Shown: piece after piece, positions 58,857 to 64,000 of the stretch
Numbering within the stretch: position 1 is the stretch's first letter
How the letters are laid out: each line of letters begins with the position of its first letter
NCBI GenBank assembly: GCA_964016885.1
Contig: OZ024758.1
Location: 31,062,001 to 31,126,000, forward strand
Length of the DNA stretch: 64,000 nucleotides
Source of the DNA: Eledone cirrhosa
Lineage: Eukaryota
Direction of reading: 5' to 3'
Notes under the pieces: generated by a model
Told to the model about the DNA's origin: nothing
Databases searched by the model: none
What the model saw: only the letters and a program-made list of their open reading frames with translations
Made by a program: the position numbers and the translations under genes

Positions 58857-59240
58857 TAATTGTTTCTACTATTGGCACAAGGCCAGCAATTACCCAGTAC
58901 ATTACTGGTACTTTATTTTATCGACCCCGTAAGGATGAAATCAAAGTTAACCTCGGCGGGATTTGAACTCAGAATGGCAAGGGCCGTAACTCTATGCGTC
59001 AAAGCATGGCGTCCGACCCTCTACCGATACTGCCAATCCACCGCCCTTATTAATATTATAATTGTTTCTAGTTTAGGCACAAGGCCAGCAATTACCCAGT
59101 ACATTACTGGTACTTTATTTTATCGACCTCGTAAGGATGAAAGGCAAAGTTAACCTCGGCGGGATTTGAACTCAGATCATAAAGGGACGTAACTCTATGC
59201 TTCAAAGCATGGTATCCGACTCTCTACCGATACTGCCAAA
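58857..59240 (-). mobile_element. Two adjacent SINE S1 copies
   Basis: 58857-59048 and 59059-59240, both at an attataat site. Confidence 0.85.
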
Positions 59241-59493
59241 TTATAATGCTCAGTATTTATACACCACAAATTCAGGGATATATGTGGATATATTCATGAA
59301 TATGTATGTGTCCGCATGTATCTGTGTATTTCTGTATATTGTTTATAACTCCCTATGGTAGAGTAACTATTGAAGTGTAGTAACTGCTGGAAAGCTATCA
59401 TTACTCATACTTCTCGCCATCCTAGCCATCTCTTCTACGGCTTTGATATAAGTACCCCCTCCGCCTCTGTGGTATTTCTTTCTTGGTTGGACT

Positions 59494-59887
59494 GTGTCGA
59501 TGAGTGTGGGGCTGAGAATGAATGAGACTAAAACAAAATATCTGGTAGAGAATGTTGAGAAGCCAGAGGGGATCACTAATGTAGGCAGGAAGCCGCTAGA
59601 ATTGGTTGAGGGCTTCCTGTATTTGGGAGCAAAGATTGGGAATACGGAAGATGATGTGGTTGAGAGGAAGAGCAAGGCCTGGGCGGCGTGCCACAGCTTG
59701 TGATCGGTGTGGAAGTCGGACCTTCGTAGAGACCTGAAAGTCCGCCTCTTCATTGCTGTAGTGGAGTCTGTGCTGCTGTATGGGTCTGAGACTTGGACAC
59801 TGACCAAGAAACTCACTCAGATGGTGGATGGGTGCTACACGAGAATGTTGAGGATGGCTCTGAACATTAATCAGTATACACTGAGGA
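59494..59887 (+). pseudogene. RTE LINE internal fragment
   Basis: SVGLRMNETKTK..FLYLG..VESVLLYGSETW, with an internal stop. Confidence 0.85.
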
Positions 59888-60439
59888 TATATATATATAT
59901 GTAGGAAAATAGTCTTAACGTTTTGAACGCCTGTCCTTCATCTTACCTTCTCTTCGCAGTGAGTGTGTTTTATTATATATTTCTGGCAATAGTATAACAA
60001 CATGACCCTCTCCAAATATAACAATAAAGAATTATATATTATTCAGAAATACATATTGGGGAATAATATATATTTTTAGGATTTAAAAACTATAAGTATT
60101 GCAGCAGAACACAGTTCTTAAGAAAACCCTAAACTTCCTTATCAATGATGCATGAATCTTTTTATATATTTCGTTACTTAGAGAAAATAAGAAGTTGACT
60201 TCTTATTAATACCATGCCATGAATTTCAGGACGTAGAGTAGGAAACTGATAGTCATGTACAATTCAAACTATTTAGAATATATTTTGTGATTTCACAAAT
60301 AGGGTCAACTGTTACCTGGATATTACTTTTGAGGGACTGAAATTCAAGCTCTAATCTAAAATATAATATCACAAAACAGAAAACTGAGTAGAATCTAAAT
60401 GAATATCAATCATAAACAATGAATTAATGTCATAAGGGT

Positions 60440-60738
60440 ATGATATGGTCCTGTAACTCCTGATTGGGTCGTAGGGGCGCCGTATTGATATACCATGTTT
60501 CTTTGGCATTTTAAGCCTACCGCAGCCCATCACTCTCCAGGCCTGAATACAGCATATTTCTTCCAAAGAGAGGAAGAATCGGCCCCAGTACTAGACTGGT
60601 ACTTTTTTTTTATCAACCTCGAAAGGATGAAAGGCAAAGTTGACCTCGGCGGGATTTGAACTCAAAGAGCAGAGAGCCGGAACGAATACTATAAAGTATT
60701 CTATCCGACGTTCTAACAACTCTGCCAATTCACCGCCT
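60440..60738 (-). mobile_element. Older S1-related SINE with extended tail
   Basis: Homologous to the copies at 11625 and 54365. Confidence 0.7.
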
Positions 60739-61059
60739 ATAAAGTAATGATACCGATGTACAAACGTCCCACTACCAAAACACATTAATAAAGCTACGTG
60801 GCTCGTTTACTTTATTACGCCTCGTAGTGCTATATTTTTCTTGCCATTTTCTGAAGTTTGTTTGATATCTTTCTCCAGCCTCTCGCAGGTTTTTACGATA
60901 GACTGGATGTCCTTACCGCTAAAACCTTCCTGGTAACTTCAATAACCTTTAGTTTAAATGCTGTTATATAGTGGTTGTTTATTTTTCTGATAGGAATCTT
61001 TGCGTAAAATGTTAGAGAAATTTCAATCCTCTGTATCTATCTATCGGTCGCAACTCCAG

Positions 61060-61183
61060 GTAGAAGGAGCAACGTGAAATAAAGTGTCTTGCTCAAGGAC
61101 ACAACTCATCGTCCGGTCCGGGAATGGAACTCACAACCTCACTATTGCGAATCCAATTCTCTAACCACTCAGCCACACGCCTT
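61060..61183 (-). mobile_element. SINE S2-like tRNA head fragment
   Basis: Minus strand gaaggcgtgtggctgagtggttagag..gtccttgagcaagacacttt. Confidence 0.7.
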
Positions 61184-61208
61184 CACATATATATGTGTGT
61201 GTGTGCGC

Positions 61209-61337
<129 letters not shown>

Positions 61338-61972
61338 TGTACGTGTACATATTCTCTCTCTATGTCTCGCTTTCAATCTACTCTCTCACAACCACTATCT
61401 CTTTCTCTCTATCTTTCCCTCTCTCCCTATTTATTAAGGTACCCGGGAAAATGCCGCATCTCGGGAACCCATGCTTCAATTGACGCGAAACTTGTTTCAT
61501 TCCATTTGTATTCTCATTTCAAGGGGAACTTCCTTTCAAAGTATTTTCCCATTATGCACCGTTTTGGCTGTATTACAAGCAATCAATCACAGAGTGTTAG
61601 TAGTATATAAATAGATGACAGATGATCAGGGCTCCGTCATGGACTGCGCCATGAAAGTGTTGCGTTATATAATACAAGATTATTAGGTAAAATGACAGAA
61701 AGAGTTAGAGATAAAGATATAAAGAAGAGGGAAAATGGGGGGGGGGGGGCAAATAAGCTGTGGACAGTATAGTCAAGTTGATAGGGCTGAAAAGGAAAAG
61801 CTAAGAGAAAAACTCCAGTATATATATACGTGTGTGTGTGTGTGTGTGTGAGTGTGTGTGTGTGTAGTATATTTGCCAATATACTGTATGTTTAATTAAA
61901 AACACTTAGAAGGCCATTCGCTATGAGTTTTAAAGTAGTGACTTTGTCACTTGTTCTCTGCAAAAACAACAG

Positions 61973-62020
61973 CGGCCGACAGACAGTCTGTTTCTCGCTT
62001 GTGAGCGTTTATCAAGACCA
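61973..62020 (-). ncRNA. Type I hammerhead with U3-A8 core, second family
   Basis: tggtc-TTGATAA-acgct-caca-agcga-GAAA-caga-ctg-tctg-TC-ggccg. Confidence 0.7.
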
Positions 62021-62262
62021 TACACTCAGTTGCCTTCACCGAGGAATTATAGAGGCTGGATTCTTATAGAATTCCAGTAATAATCAGGAGCTGATTAAAC
62101 AGAGCGATTGTCGGTATTAGCCGAATCCCGTACAAATAATGCGGAAATTCCTATTTTGTAAATAAATGTTTTGATGTTATTCTGATAGAAAACCCCTTTA
62201 GCATTTTCTACTGTTTTTTTTCTTCTTCTTACTATTATATATATATATATAATAGTAATCAG

Positions 62263-63670
62263 CACATATATTTTTATTGTTTGACCCGAATTACTTGGTC
62301 GTTTTGATTTTGGCTGTGCGGATGATATGTTTAACCATCATCTCAGTGTGTTTGGCCCTTAACGTATGTTGTAGCTCTGATTCATATGATTCATCGAGCG
62401 CTTGCCACACATATCGGACGTTGATTTTCGTTAATTCCTGAGCTGAAAACGATTCTCGCTATTTTATATTTGTATTAATCTCCAGAGTCTAGCTATTGAG
62501 CAGTTAATTTTATTGATTTTTTTCAGTTACATATATTGACTGTTGAATGGCTCTGTTATATTTAACCATTCTGTTGAGAGCTTTAATTCGATTTGTGATA
62601 TTTTGCATTCTCGCAATAATACACAACTGAATCATTCGCTTAATAGAGGTGTTACCTCCCTTGCTGAATCCCACGAGGGGTCAGTAATAGCTACACTATC
62701 TATAGCATATTGGAGTAAAACCCGTTGAAAACACGACTGCCTTGTTCATCATCTCACCAGAAGCCCAACATTCTTTATGTAGGCGGACAGTACCTGATTT
62801 GGAGTCGCAGAAACCAATACTGGATTTTACCATCAGTCCAGGGTCCGGGAAAGTATCAACACATATATTTTTATTGTTTGACCCGAATTACTTGGTCGTT
62901 TTGATTTTGGCTGTGCGGATGATATGTTTAACCATCATCTCAGTGTGTTTGGCCCTTAACGTATGTTGTAGCTCTGATTCATAGGATTCATCGAGCGCTT
63001 GCCACACATATCGGACGTTGATTTTCGTTAATTCCTGAGCTGAAAACGATTCTCGCTAATTTATATTTGTATTAATCTCCAGAGTCTAGCTATTGAGCAG
63101 TTAATTTTATTGATTTTTTTCAGTTACATATATTGACTGTTGAATGGCTCTGTTATATTTAACCATTCTGTTGAGAGCTTTAATTCGATTTGTGATATTT
63201 TGCATTCTCGCAATAATACACAACTGAATCATTCGCTTAATAGAGGTGTTACCTCCCTTGCTGAATCCCACGAGGGGTCAGTAATAGCTACACTATCTAT
63301 AGCATATTGGAGCAAAACCCGTTGAAAACACGACTGCCTTGTTCATCATCTCACCAGAAGCCCAACATTCTTTATGTAGGCGGACAGTACCTGATTTGGA
63401 GTCGCAGAAACCAATACTGGATTTTACCATCAGTCCAGGGTCCGGGAAAGTATCAACACATATATTTTTATTGTTTGACCCGAATTACTTGGTCGTTTTG
63501 ATTTTGGCTGTGCGGATGATATGTTTAACCATCATCTCAGTGTGTTTGGCCCTTAACGTATGTTGTAGCTCTGATTCATATGATTCATCGAGCGCTTGCC
63601 ACACATATCGGACGTTGATTTTCGTTAATTCCTGAGCTGAAAACGATTCTCGCTAATTTATATTTGTATT
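62263..63670. repeat. 597-bp unit, about 2.4 near-identical tandem copies, TA-flanked
   Basis: Identical sequence at 62263, 62860 and 63457; identical ORFs 597 bp apart. Confidence 0.95.
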
Positions 63671-63709
<39 letters not shown>

Positions 63710-64000
63710 CAATACGCAGTGAATGTAAGGTAATTTAAAAGGATGCATGTATACAAAAAAAAATAGACAATATCAAGATAATTGTTTACGGAATTGGGGT
63801 GAATCATTAGGGAACGATGTGACAACAGAACATTTGAAAGCTTAATAGAAAAGGTGAGTTAATGGAATGTCGAATAATTTCAATTGATATGATGAATAAT
63901 CGGTCTAACGTTTCCGGATCTTGTTTTTCATCAAAGAGGGACAGAGTTATTTACCAAGTTGGAGAAATCGATTTTGTTTTGCATCCCTGAAAATATTCAT

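Overview
Eukaryotic, AT-rich, microsatellite-saturated non-coding DNA. The tRNA-derived SINEs resemble octopod cephalopod repeats, so an octopus-like host is inferred. I found no intact host gene, rRNA, genuine tRNA or CRISPR array; most supplied ORFs are (TA)n/(TG)n/(CA)n artefacts. Recognisable coding remnants are all transposon-derived: RTE-clade LINE 3' ends, a CRE-type endonuclease, a Tx1-like ORF2 end, a decayed Naiad-type Penelope-like element (PLE) and a GIY-YIG fragment. There are also about 20 SINE copies, non-autonomous Helitrons and several satellites. The main signal is a dense population of short non-coding elements sitting in (TA)n tracts, many folded back into long palindromes or partial tandems. 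They carry type I hammerhead ribozyme (HHR) motifs: about 30 intact, partial or degenerate motifs from more than a dozen sequence families, two of which use the compensatory U3-A8 core. This looks like a microsatellite-targeted, ribozyme-bearing non-autonomous PLE/retrozyme system. All ribozymes were folded by eye and their activity is untested.
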